Assembly (NCBI GenBank): GCA_016213405.1
Contig: JACRAM010000057.1
Location: forward strand, 27,773 to 91,772
DNA length: 64,000 nucleotides
Reading direction: 5' to 3'
From: Bacteroidota bacterium
GTDB taxonomy: Bacteria > Bacteroidota > Bacteroidia > Palsa-948
Shown here: positions 18,703 to 27,995 of the stretch, piece by piece
Position numbering within the stretch: the first letter of the stretch is position 1
Layout of the letters: the number at the start of each line of letters is the position of its first letter
The notes under the pieces: generated by a model
What the model was told of the DNA's origin: nothing
The model's input: only the letters and a program-made list of their open reading frames with translations
Database searches by the model: none
Translations under genes and position numbers: made by a program

Positions 18703-19134
18703 TTACTTCTTTTTCTTCTTCGCTGTTGGTTTTTTAGCCGCAGTTTTTTTTGCCACAGGAGCCTTCTTCGCTACAGGTTTGCTAACTTTCTTTGCCGGGC
18801 TTTTCTCTTTTTTCTTAGTTGCTTTTGTTTCGGTATGGACTGGTGCTTCTCCGAAGGAGTCCTTATGGACAACCGCAGAGACTGTTTCTGCAACAACCGG
18901 TTTAACCACTTCAACTGCAGGAGTAACTACTTCTGCTACTTGCGGTTTAACTGCTTCAACAACCGGCTTTTTCACGATTTGTTCAGCGGCTATTTTCGGC
19001 AGGTCTTTCAACACTTTTACCTTACGAACCGGAGCAGCCGGGCGAATACCTTTGCTTTTTTTGCGAGGACGGCTAACTCCTGTAGTGCCTCTCCATATTT
19101 TTCCTCTTTTGGTGCGGATATCTCCTTTTCCCAT
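18703..19134 (-). CDS. 30S ribosomal protein bS31/THX-family with long Lys/Ala/Pro/Val-rich extension
   Basis: N-terminus MGKGDIRTKRGKIWRGTTGVSRPRKK matches THX; tail of AKK(P/T)AAKK repeats. Confidence 0.8.
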   Translation of the reverse strand: MGKGDIRTKRGKIWRGTTGVSRPRKKSKGIRPAAPVRKVKVLKDLPKIAAEQIVKKPVVEAVKPQVAEVVTPAVEVVKPVVAETVSAVVHKDSFGEAPVHTETKATKKKEKSPAKKVSKPVAKKAPVAKKTAAKKPTAKKKKK

Positions 19135-19189
19135 GACTTTATATTTTTTTGTTACTATTTAATTGGGTCGCAAATATATGCAAATATCC

Positions 19190-19867
19190 CTACGAGGCTT
19201 TGGAAGAATTTCGGATAAAATCCTTTTCTAAAATTTCAGATTTCGGAACAGAATTTTTTAGCCACTGGAGGAGAATTTCCTGTTCTTCTTCAGGTGATAA
19301 CTTCCAGTTCACAGAAGTTTTTTTCAGGCGTGAAGCAAGCGTATAAAGCGTAACAGCAGCCGAAACAGAAATGTTTAAGCTCTCGGTAAATCCCACCATA
19401 GGAATTTTTACAAACCCATCTGCTTTTTCAAAGGCAACAGGAGTTGCACCCCGCATTTCTGTGCCAAAGAAAAGAGCAGTTTTATTTGTGATGTCGAGTT
19501 CTTCTATGGAGCAATCGTTTTTATGAGGAGAAGTGACAACGATTTTATATCCGTTCTTTTTCAAAAAAGCAATACAATCTTCTGTATTATTTTTTTTTGC
19601 GTTGTGTTTGATAAGCGTAATCCATTTTGCTGAACCCAATTCCACATCGGGGTTTGCTTCAAACTTGTTTTGATTTTCAATTACGTGTACATCCTGAATG
19701 CCGAAACAATCGCATGAACGGAGCACAGCAGCAGCATTGTGAGGCTGGTAGATGTCTTCAAGTACAACAGTAAGATGGCGAGTGCGGTGCTGAATAAGCG
19801 CATCAAACTTTTGCATGCGGCTCTCCGTGATGAAGGAGGAGAGATATTTTATTAGTTCTTGATTCAT
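19190..19867 (-). CDS. trmH: tRNA (guanosine-2'-O)-methyltransferase TrmH/SpoU
   Basis: EDIYQPHNAAAVLRSCD, FGTE, IPMVGFTESLNISVSAA SPOUT motifs. Confidence 0.85.
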   Translation of the reverse strand: MNQELIKYLSSFITESRMQKFDALIQHRTRHLTVVLEDIYQPHNAAAVLRSCDCFGIQDVHVIENQNKFEANPDVELGSAKWITLIKHNAKKNNTEDCIAFLKKNGYKIVVTSPHKNDCSIEELDITNKTALFFGTEMRGATPVAFEKADGFVKIPMVGFTESLNISVSAAVTLYTLASRLKKTSVNWKLSPEEEQEILLQWLKNSVPKSEILEKDFIRNSSKAS

Positions 19868-19880
19868 TGATTACTTTGGC

Positions 19881-20282
19881 TGTCACGCTGAGCGGAGTCG
19901 AAGCGCTTTCACTTTTTTAGAATTCAAATGGCTTGTTTCATTTTTACAAATCGAAAGTTCCTTGAGGTCATCCCACTTATCTTGAATGATAGCCTCTTTC
20001 TTTTTTCTTGACCATTTTTTAATCTTCTTTTCTATGGCAATTGCCTGATGTATGTCATTATACATTTGATAAAAGACTATCTCTAAAGGTCGTCTTGAAA
20101 AAGTATAACATTCTGAATCAATTCCTTCTTCGTGTTCTATGAAACGCCTTTCCAGATTATTTGTAACGCCAGTATAATATGAATCATCAGAGCATTTGAG
20201 TATGTACACATAATAATTTTTCATTTCTCTATTTCTTTTTGACTTACTCTTCAACTCTCCCTCGACTCCGCTCGGGATGACA
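19881..20282. mobile_element. GIY-YIG mini-element bounded by inverted REP-like repeats
   Basis: Left TGTCAcgctGAGCGGAGTCGAag (19881-19903); right ccTCGACTCCGCTCgggaTGACA (20260-20282). Confidence 0.65.
19883..20224 (-). CDS. GIY-YIG nuclease family protein
   Basis: YYVYILKCSDDSYYTGVTNNLERRFIEH...EKKIKKWSRKKKEA; likely start MKNYY at 20224. Confidence 0.9.
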   Translation of the reverse strand: MKNYYVYILKCSDDSYYTGVTNNLERRFIEHEEGIDSECYTFSRRPLEIVFYQMYNDIHQAIAIEKKIKKWSRKKKEAIIQDKWDDLKELSICKNETSHLNSKKVKALRLRSA

Positions 20283-20288
20283 TTGGAA

Positions 20289-21353
20289 TTATTGATTAAA
20301 TGTTGCTAAACCGTTTGATGCGGCTGCAAGATTGCACATCCTGAAAAGCATTCTTGCACCTACGTTTCCATTCCATTCATTATTTCCCGGAGCTACTTCG
20401 TTCAGGTCAAAACCAATGATTTTCTTTCCGGAGCGGGCAAGCATTTCAAACAAGAAAACTGCCTGCTCGAATTCCAAACCTCCGGGAACAGGTGTTCCGC
20501 TGTTCGGGCAAAGTTTAGGATCAAGCCCGTCAATATCAAAACTTATATAAACGTGTTTAGGCAGTTCCTGTATAATATCAGAGCAGATGGAAACCCAACT
20601 TCTGCTGCGATACAATTGCTCTTTCAGCTGAAAATCAAAAAATGTTTTCACTTTTCCATTCGAAGAATTGATATAATTATTTTCCTCTTCGCACCAGTCG
20701 CGGATTCCAACCTGAACGAGTTTTTTTATCTGAGGAATTCTTAATGCATTATACATAATGGAAGCATGGGAATACTTAAATCCTTCATATGCTTTTCTCA
20801 AATCACAGTGCGCATCTATTTGTAAAATACCAAACCCAGAATGTTTTTCAGCCAGCGCTTCCATTAATCCAAGCGGAGTACTGTGGTCTCCACCAACCAG
20901 TCCGACTAATTTATTTTTCTTCAGATGTTTTTCCGCAGATTTTTTTACCCATGACTTTAATTCTGTACAACCTTTATTTACCACAGTACAGATACTTTTC
21001 ATAGCAGGAGTATCCGTTGAAATACCTTTTTCAACGTTGCTGATATATTTGGAAGAAATTTTTCTCAGCGCAGTATTCTTTTTGAAAATCTCTTTTGAAA
21101 TTTCTTCCATTGCCACACCAATCTTCCAGGAATCTTTCACCAGCGGGTCAAACAAATCCACCTGAGCCGAAGCCTCAAAAATCGCCTGCGGACCGCATGA
21201 TGTTCCTTCAGCATACGAAACAGTTACATCCCAAGGCACGGGAATGAGAATGAGTTCCGCTTCATCGGTTGTGAATGGAAGTCCGAAAATATTTCCATCG
21301 CCTGTTGCGGGACTATTCGGGTCGAAGTTTTTAAATTTAGATTCTTTGCTCAT
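20289..21353 (-). CDS. Agmatinase/ureohydrolase family protein
   Basis: GGDHS, DAHCD, SHAS, DIDGLDP, GTPVPGG motifs. Confidence 0.85.
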   Translation of the reverse strand: MSKESKFKNFDPNSPATGDGNIFGLPFTTDEAELILIPVPWDVTVSYAEGTSCGPQAIFEASAQVDLFDPLVKDSWKIGVAMEEISKEIFKKNTALRKISSKYISNVEKGISTDTPAMKSICTVVNKGCTELKSWVKKSAEKHLKKNKLVGLVGGDHSTPLGLMEALAEKHSGFGILQIDAHCDLRKAYEGFKYSHASIMYNALRIPQIKKLVQVGIRDWCEEENNYINSSNGKVKTFFDFQLKEQLYRSRSWVSICSDIIQELPKHVYISFDIDGLDPKLCPNSGTPVPGGLEFEQAVFLFEMLARSGKKIIGFDLNEVAPGNNEWNGNVGARMLFRMCNLAAASNGLATFNQ

Positions 21354-21354
21354 G

Positions 21355-22320
21355 CTATAGAATTATTTTCCATTCATTAAAATTAAAACCTCTTAGAAAT
21401 TCTTCAATGTTCATTTTTTTTCTTCCTGCTAATTGCAACTCCAAAAGATTAATAAATCCTTCTTTCACGGCAATCTTAACAAACAATTTTCCATCCGTTT
21501 GTATTGAGCCCAGTTCATTCTGATGATTGACTATTTCTTTTGAAGCGCTGAATATTTTTAAAGATAAAATTTCATTTTCTTTTTTGACTTCAGTCCATGC
21601 TGTAGGGTACGGGCTTAATCCGCGGATAAAATCATAAACATCTTCCGCTTTTTTCTTCCAGTTTATTTTGCAATCCTCTTTAAAAATCTTCGGGGCAAGT
21701 TTTGGTTTTTCACTGGGCTTCAGATAAGTTAACTGGTCTTCAGGAGTATAATTTCCTGATTCTATAGCCCGAACAGTTTTGAGCATCAGATCCGCACCGT
21801 CTTTCATTAAGCGTTCGTATAAATCTCCCGCGTTGTCTTCTTCCCGGATATTTTCTTTAGCGCGAAGAATTATTTTTCCAGTATCAATTTCGTCATCAAG
21901 AAAAAAAGTAGTGACACCGCTTTCTTTTTCCCCATTGATGATTGCCCAGTTGATAGGTGCGGCTCCGCGGTAATGTGGAAGAAGCGAGGCATGAAGATTA
22001 AATGTTCCAAGTGAAGGGAATGACCAAACTTTTTTCGGAAGTTTCCGAAACGCGACAACAATGCCAAGATTGGGATTCAGTTCTTTCATCTGACTGAGAA
22101 ATTCTTCGCTCTTTAAATTTTCTGGCTGGAGCACACTGATGTTTTTACTCATCGCGTACTCTTTCACTGCTGAAAACTTTAACTCAAGCCCTCTTCCCGC
22201 AGGTTTATCAGCAGCGGTGACAATTCCAACAACGTCATAATTATTTTTCATCAGCATATCTAAAGAAGCGACTGCAAATTCAGGAGTGCCGAAAAAAACT
22301 ATGCGTAGTTTTTCATCCAT
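21355..22320 (-). CDS. fmt: Methionyl-tRNA formyltransferase
   Basis: FFGTPEFA, DKPAGRG, NLHASLLPHYRGAAPINWA. Confidence 0.95.
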   Translation of the reverse strand: MDEKLRIVFFGTPEFAVASLDMLMKNNYDVVGIVTAADKPAGRGLELKFSAVKEYAMSKNISVLQPENLKSEEFLSQMKELNPNLGIVVAFRKLPKKVWSFPSLGTFNLHASLLPHYRGAAPINWAIINGEKESGVTTFFLDDEIDTGKIILRAKENIREEDNAGDLYERLMKDGADLMLKTVRAIESGNYTPEDQLTYLKPSEKPKLAPKIFKEDCKINWKKKAEDVYDFIRGLSPYPTAWTEVKKENEILSLKIFSASKEIVNHQNELGSIQTDGKLFVKIAVKEGFINLLELQLAGRKKMNIEEFLRGFNFNEWKIIL

Positions 22321-22325
22321 AATTA

Positions 22326-22673
22326 TCAGCGTCCTTGAATATCGGTGAGTTCAACAATTTGCCCTGCCATACAAGTGCTCACGGCATTCTTTTTAGGAAT
22401 ATACTTTATCCAAACAGACAATAAGTCTTTCTTAAATCCCAAAGAAAGATTGGTCGGCTCTAATTTTTTTTCATCCTCCAGTTTGAGAATATATTCACAT
22501 CCGGAAACTTCATAATAAATCACAGTAGCTTTAGTATATCCTTCTTTTTCAAAATCTCTTTTTTGTTCAATGGAAGTTACTGTATCTGTGGTTGTTTTCT
22601 TTTTACAATGACAGGAGGAAAAGAACCAAGAACCACTACTCAACAATACAGAAATAAAAAATATTTTTTTCAT
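22326..22673 (-). CDS. Small hypothetical lipoprotein
   Basis: FFSS|C lipobox; GC...CMAG Cys pair. Confidence 0.7.
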   Translation of the reverse strand: MKKIFFISVLLSSGSWFFSSCHCKKKTTTDTVTSIEQKRDFEKEGYTKATVIYYEVSGCEYILKLEDEKKLEPTNLSLGFKKDLLSVWIKYIPKKNAVSTCMAGQIVELTDIQGR

Positions 22674-22709
22674 GAAAAATGTTTTGCCAAACTTACGAAG
22701 AAAGAATGT

Positions 22710-23903
22710 TCATTCGACAAAAAGCACAAGCCCTTTTAAGTATTCTCCTTCAGGATGGAAAATGTTTACAGCATGGTCGGGGGCTTGAGAAAGATGATGA
22801 AGCACGCGAACGTTTCTTCCGGCTATTATCGCTGCGGATAAAATTGTTTTTTCAAAAAGCGGGCGGTCAATCACCTGCGAGCAGGAAAAAGTGAAAAGAA
22901 TTCCTCCTGCCTTAATCTGTTTCAGCGCTTCAATGTTCAATCGTTTATATCCCATCAACGCATTGTGGCGAACATTAAAATGCTTGGCAAATGCGGGAGG
23001 ATCAAGCACCATCACATCATACACATCTTTTTTGTTTTTCAGAAAATCACAAACATCCGCAGCAAAGGATTTATGTTTGCCGGAAAAGGAATTCATCTTC
23101 ACATTTTTTTCAGCGAGTTCAATGGCTCGCTTTGAACTATCCACAGAATGAACTTCGTTTGCTCCTGCATTCAAAGCATAAACCGAAAATGCTCCCGTAT
23201 AGCAAAAAGCATTGAGAATATTTTTTTCTTGGGAGTAGCGCGCAAGCATCTGGCGGTTCTCACGCTGGTCAAGAAAGAACCCTGTTTTCTGACCGCCTTT
23301 CCAATCTGACCAGAAGGATAATCCGTTTTCAAAAATCAAATGTTGTTCATCGGTCCCTTTTCCAAAAAGATATTCGTTCTTTACGCCTTCGGCATATTTT
23401 TTAGGAAGGGTTTCCGCACTTTTATCGTAAACAGCTAATAGCTTTTCTCCATAAATTTCTTTCAGCGCTTCCACGATTTCATTTTTTGCAAGATGCATCC
23501 CGATAGAATGGCATTGCATTACACAGGTTCCGTTGTAATAATCAATGATGAGTCCGGGCAAACCGTCCCCTTCTGCGAAAACAAGCCGATAGCAATTAGT
23601 GGCAGGATTTTCTGCAAGCCCTATTTTTTTTCGAAAGTCGTAAGCGTTTTTAATTTTTGATTTCCAAAAATCAGAATCAGGATTTATCTTTTCAAAAGAA
23701 AAAATTCGCACAGCAATACTTGAATCCTGATAATGCCCTATGCCGAGGAATTCGTCTTTATTGTCGAACACTTCAACAATGTCTCCATCCTTAACCTCAA
23801 CCTTATCCTTCACCTTTTTTATCGCACCTGAAAAAACCCATGGGTGAAACCTGCGAAGCGATTGGTCTTTTCCTGAAGAGAGCGTGATTTTGAGGAATCC
23901 CAT
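22710..23903 (-). CDS. rlmI: 23S rRNA m5C1962 methyltransferase RlmI family
   Basis: HPWVFSGAI PUA domain, EGDGLPGL, GQKTGFFLDQRENR, LDPPAF, FSCS, YLKG. Confidence 0.9.
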   Translation of the reverse strand: MGFLKITLSSGKDQSLRRFHPWVFSGAIKKVKDKVEVKDGDIVEVFDNKDEFLGIGHYQDSSIAVRIFSFEKINPDSDFWKSKIKNAYDFRKKIGLAENPATNCYRLVFAEGDGLPGLIIDYYNGTCVMQCHSIGMHLAKNEIVEALKEIYGEKLLAVYDKSAETLPKKYAEGVKNEYLFGKGTDEQHLIFENGLSFWSDWKGGQKTGFFLDQRENRQMLARYSQEKNILNAFCYTGAFSVYALNAGANEVHSVDSSKRAIELAEKNVKMNSFSGKHKSFAADVCDFLKNKKDVYDVMVLDPPAFAKHFNVRHNALMGYKRLNIEALKQIKAGGILFTFSCSQVIDRPLFEKTILSAAIIAGRNVRVLHHLSQAPDHAVNIFHPEGEYLKGLVLFVE

Positions 23904-24029
23904 AAAGTAAATCTACATATAAAAGGGCGCAAAGATAAGTTTTTGGCTTAGTATCCTATTATTTATCAAATTTGTGCAATAATATTTTTACTACATTTGC
24001 CATCAACTTAAACAAGACTAATAAATCCA

Positions 24030-24929
24030 ATGAAAAAACTAATTCTACTTGCCAATGCCTTAGTGCTGGCTGGTTTTCTTTCTTCTTGCGGAAATTCTAC
24101 AGACAAAACGGATAATAATGCAGTGGACTCAACCGCTGTGGATTCCTCCGCTATGAACGCTGTTCCTGAGCAACCTCAGGAATATATTTCTATTCCATCG
24201 CCCGATGAGATGTTTTCTTTTATGAAGGATGTTGGCGGTGAAGGAAAAAGTACTACCTACTTGAATAATCCTGACAATTACAAAAATTATGTAGAAACAA
24301 AATCCAAAGCACTCAATTTTGGAATTTACGCTACTGATTTTCTTTATTGCTCCACATTTGATTACGGAACAGAAGCTCTCAAGTATTTTGTGAATGTGAA
24401 AAAATTAGGCGATGATCTTGGTATTTCAAATGTTATCAGCCAATCCACAGCAGACCGTATTAAAAGCAATATCGGCAAAAATGATTCTTTAACTGATATT
24501 TCAAATACACTTTATTTTTCTGCTATTGCTGAATTGGAGAAAAGCGACAAAGCAAGTGTGCTTGCACTCGTTATTGTTGGCGGATGGATTGAAAGTATGA
24601 ATTTGGTTACTAACATGGTAAAAAAATATAAAGCTGATAACCCGGCTATTGACCGCATCGCAGAACAGAAATATACTTTAGATAATCTTTTGGGATACCT
24701 TGATAAATATAAAGAAGATGCAAATGTTGTTTCCGTCACTGGTCAATTGAACGAATTAAAAGGCGTTTATGACCAATTAAAAGAAGAAGCTACAAGTGGC
24801 ACGGTTTCTGCAAAAGGCGGTAAGAAGGTACTTGGAGGAGGAACAAAAATCACCATCACAGAAGCGCAGTACAAAGCGATTGCAGAAAAAGTAAAAAACA
24901 TACACGATAGTTTCACAATGCCAAAATAA
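24030..24929 (+). CDS. Hypothetical helical lipoprotein
   Basis: FLSS|C lipobox; TACATTTG -7 box at 23992-23999. Confidence 0.75.
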   Translation: MKKLILLANALVLAGFLSSCGNSTDKTDNNAVDSTAVDSSAMNAVPEQPQEYISIPSPDEMFSFMKDVGGEGKSTTYLNNPDNYKNYVETKSKALNFGIYATDFLYCSTFDYGTEALKYFVNVKKLGDDLGISNVISQSTADRIKSNIGKNDSLTDISNTLYFSAIAELEKSDKASVLALVIVGGWIESMNLVTNMVKKYKADNPAIDRIAEQKYTLDNLLGYLDKYKEDANVVSVTGQLNELKGVYDQLKEEATSGTVSAKGGKKVLGGGTKITITEAQYKAIAEKVKNIHDSFTMPK

Positions 24930-24958
24930 TATCAGACAATAACTCAAAAAAAAATATC

Positions 24959-25471
24959 ATGAAAAAGTTTGCATCCCTCTCTCTCTCTCTCCTATTCAGC
25001 ATTGCATCATTTGTTGGAATGGCACAGCGATATGGAAATGTTCCAAAGGTTGCTGCTTCAAACCCCTGCACGGATTTTCACAGAAAATCCTGTCTCCGTT
25101 CGCCTGACGAAGGATTTGCTTATAACGGGCAATCCCGCAGCGGACTTTTCGCAAAAGGGCAGCAGTCAACCATAAAAGCAGTATTCTACAAAGGAATGGA
25201 TTATCATATTTCTGTTTGCACGGAAGATGAAACTCAGGCAAACTTCCTGATTAAAGATGCAAAAACAGGCGAAGTGTTATATGATAATACAACTGATAAT
25301 AATACTCAGGAGATTCAAATAAGTAACGAAAATACCCGAAGCGTAAACATTCAGGTTGTTCTTCCGGGTGGCGATGGAAAAGACGCGAAAAAAGATATGG
25401 TGAAAGGACAGGAAGGAATGTGCGCGGGATTGCTCATTGAACACCGAAGAAGCGACAAAACAGGTTTCTAA
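24959..25471 (+). CDS. Hypothetical secreted protein
   Basis: Signal peptide; YNGQSRSG, four Cys; co-oriented with the upstream lipoprotein. Confidence 0.7.
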   Translation: MKKFASLSLSLLFSIASFVGMAQRYGNVPKVAASNPCTDFHRKSCLRSPDEGFAYNGQSRSGLFAKGQQSTIKAVFYKGMDYHISVCTEDETQANFLIKDAKTGEVLYDNTTDNNTQEIQISNENTRSVNIQVVLPGGDGKDAKKDMVKGQEGMCAGLLIEHRRSDKTGF

Positions 25472-26043
25472 CTATTAACTAAAAATCTATAGGGCAACAA
25501 AGCATCAGCCCCTGCATAGTCAACACCTATGCGGGGGCTTTTTGTTATCTGCCTTTTGGAAACAATTACTCCTTTATCTTCAATCCATATTTTATTTCCG
25601 AGCAGATTTATTCCTGTGTGAGTTGTATTGATTCCTAACCCCTGTGAAACAGTTCCTGGTCCTGAACAGATATGAACATAGTTTTTTTTCTTTCCTCTCC
25701 TTATTAAAATTATTTCGATTCCCTCAAGTGGTTTAATTCCTCTGATCAGTACAGCATGTGGAATATTTTTTTCATTAGTAACCACATTAAATAAGTGATG
25801 CATCCCATAACAGAGATACACATAGGCAGTTCCGCCAACAGAATACATTGTTTCTGTCCGATTAGTTCTTCTGCCGCCATATGCATGAGAAGCACGGTCT
25901 GTTTCTCCTGCATAAGCTTCCGTTTCAGTGATAATACCAGCAGAAATTTTTTCATCAAACCTGGTATACAAAACTTTACCAAGAAGCTCTTTTGCTATGA
26001 GAACAGTATTTTGTCTCGTATAGAATTCGCGCGGGAGTTTCAT
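25468..26043 (-). CDS. mpg: DNA-3-methyladenine glycosylase (MPG/AAG family)
   Basis: ETEAY, DRASHA, YVYLCYGMH, GPG, RIGV. Confidence 0.9.
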   Translation of the reverse strand: MKLPREFYTRQNTVLIAKELLGKVLYTRFDEKISAGIITETEAYAGETDRASHAYGGRRTNRTETMYSVGGTAYVYLCYGMHHLFNVVTNEKNIPHAVLIRGIKPLEGIEIILIRRGKKKNYVHICSGPGTVSQGLGINTTHTGINLLGNKIWIEDKGVIVSKRQITKSPRIGVDYAGADALLPYRFLVNS

Positions 26044-27944
26044 TTATGCCAAGAAAGTTTGTTGCCCTCGTCATACACTAATTTATTATTATCTATCAGC
26101 CATTGAATCACCTTAATGCTTTTATCCTCTGACGAGTTTTTTATAGCATTAACCAATTCTGAAAGTGAAAGCGATCTTTTTGCAAGCAGGATTTTCAACT
26201 GTTCAGTCACTTTTTCAAATTCAAGATTACTCAATTCAAGTTTGTTTCTTTCAAGGCAGAAATCACAGATGCCGCATCGGTAAGAATCGGTTTCGCCAAA
26301 ATAAGAAAGGAGCATTACGTTTCGGCATTTAGTTTTTGATTCAACATAATGAAGCATCCCATCTTTCCGCTCAACTGATTTTTGTTTCCTTTTTTGAAAA
26401 TTCTCAGATGAGATATGAATGTTCTTTGCGTCAATTCTTTCTCTGAGAAAAATCATTTTTGGCATTTCAGTTTGAGGGAGATAAGAAAGCACCTCCAACT
26501 TTTCAAGTTCATTAAGAAGTGCTCTTATATTATCAACTGATTTTCCCATTCTCTTTCCGAGTTCCTGCTCAGCAATCTTTACGTACCCGTCAAAGACACC
26601 CGAATAAGATCGTAATAACAATTTTATGAATTCATCAAACCCAGTATGTTCTACCTGAAATTTATACAACTCTTCCTTATTAATGCTAAAATGAATCCGC
26701 GAGGGCTGATAAAAAGCATCTGTCATCGAGATGTATCCTTCCTTCTCAAGGAATTTTATGGCGTTAAAAGCAATAAGATGATTCAAACTATAATGCGAAC
26801 AGAAATCACTTATGTCAAATTCAAACATGCTGCCTTGCCCTGCTCCAATGGGAATCTGAAAATAGTTGGCAAGCGCCTGATATGTTTTTTTTATCTCTTC
26901 CATGGCAGGAAAACTCATCTGGAGATTGTGTTCCATTTCAATTTTATCTGAGTCATTATAAAGCAAAACCGCATATGATTTTTTTTCATCGCGCCCTGCC
27001 CTTCCCGCTTCCTGAAAATACGCTTCAATACAATCAGGTAAATCCATGTGAACCACAAAACGAACATCAGGCTTATCTATTCCCATACCGAAGGCATTGG
27101 TGCAAACAATCACACGTACTTTATTCTGAATCCACGATTCTTGTTTCGCATCGCGAATATGAGCTTCAAGTCCTGCGTGATAAAAATCCGCGCTGATTTT
27201 ACTACGATGAAGGAAATCTGCAATCTCCTGAGTTTTTTTTCGGTTACGCACATACACAATTCCAGTTCCCTTAATTTTTGCAATGATTTTTAAAAGACGA
27301 TTCATTTTATCTTCTTCCTTCACCACCACATAAGCAAGATTTTTTCTTTCAAAACTTTTTTTCAGAAGATTTTCCTTTTTAAATAAAAGTTTTTGCTGAA
27401 TGTCTTTTGCGACTTCAGGAGTAGCAGTAGCAGTAAGAGCCAGAATAGGAATTGCAGGAACAAGTTCCCGCAATTCAGCAATCTTCATATAGCTCGGACG
27501 GAAATCATATCCCCACTGAGAAATGCAATGTGCTTCATCCACTGCAATCAGGTTTACTTTCATTTTCTTAATTCTCTCACGCGCAATCTCAGTTTCCAGT
27601 CTTTCAGGAGAGAGATAAAGAAATTTATAATTGCCGTGCACGCAATTATCAAACGCAATGTCAATTTCCCTTTTGTTCATGGCGGATGTTATCGCCATTG
27701 CCTTAATTCCTTTCGCTTTCAGATTTTCTACCTGATCTTTCATTAAAGCGATGAGGGGAGAAATCACAAGGCAGGTTCCTTCTTTCACTAATGCGGGAAC
27801 CTGAAAACAAATTGACTTACCTCCACCTGTTGGCATCAGCGCAAGCGTATCATTTTCATCAAGAACAGAATTAATAATTTCTTCCTGTAAGGGACGAAAC
27901 TGACTGTAACCCCAGTGCTTAAGAAGTATTTGCTGAATAGTCAT
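26040..27944 (-). CDS. recQ: RecQ-family ATP-dependent DNA helicase
   Basis: PTGGGKS, DEAHCISQWGYDFRP, TATAT, QEAGRAGRD, Zn-binding CR...CGICDFC. Confidence 0.9.
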   Translation of the reverse strand: MTIQQILLKHWGYSQFRPLQEEIINSVLDENDTLALMPTGGGKSICFQVPALVKEGTCLVISPLIALMKDQVENLKAKGIKAMAITSAMNKREIDIAFDNCVHGNYKFLYLSPERLETEIARERIKKMKVNLIAVDEAHCISQWGYDFRPSYMKIAELRELVPAIPILALTATATPEVAKDIQQKLLFKKENLLKKSFERKNLAYVVVKEEDKMNRLLKIIAKIKGTGIVYVRNRKKTQEIADFLHRSKISADFYHAGLEAHIRDAKQESWIQNKVRVIVCTNAFGMGIDKPDVRFVVHMDLPDCIEAYFQEAGRAGRDEKKSYAVLLYNDSDKIEMEHNLQMSFPAMEEIKKTYQALANYFQIPIGAGQGSMFEFDISDFCSHYSLNHLIAFNAIKFLEKEGYISMTDAFYQPSRIHFSINKEELYKFQVEHTGFDEFIKLLLRSYSGVFDGYVKIAEQELGKRMGKSVDNIRALLNELEKLEVLSYLPQTEMPKMIFLRERIDAKNIHISSENFQKRKQKSVERKDGMLHYVESKTKCRNVMLLSYFGETDSYRCGICDFCLERNKLELSNLEFEKVTEQLKILLAKRSLSLSELVNAIKNSSEDKSIKVIQWLIDNNKLVYDEGNKLSWHK

Positions 27945-27995
27945 TGTACAAATAGCTAATCAAGTACGAATATACGAATCGTACTTTTAGAAAAA

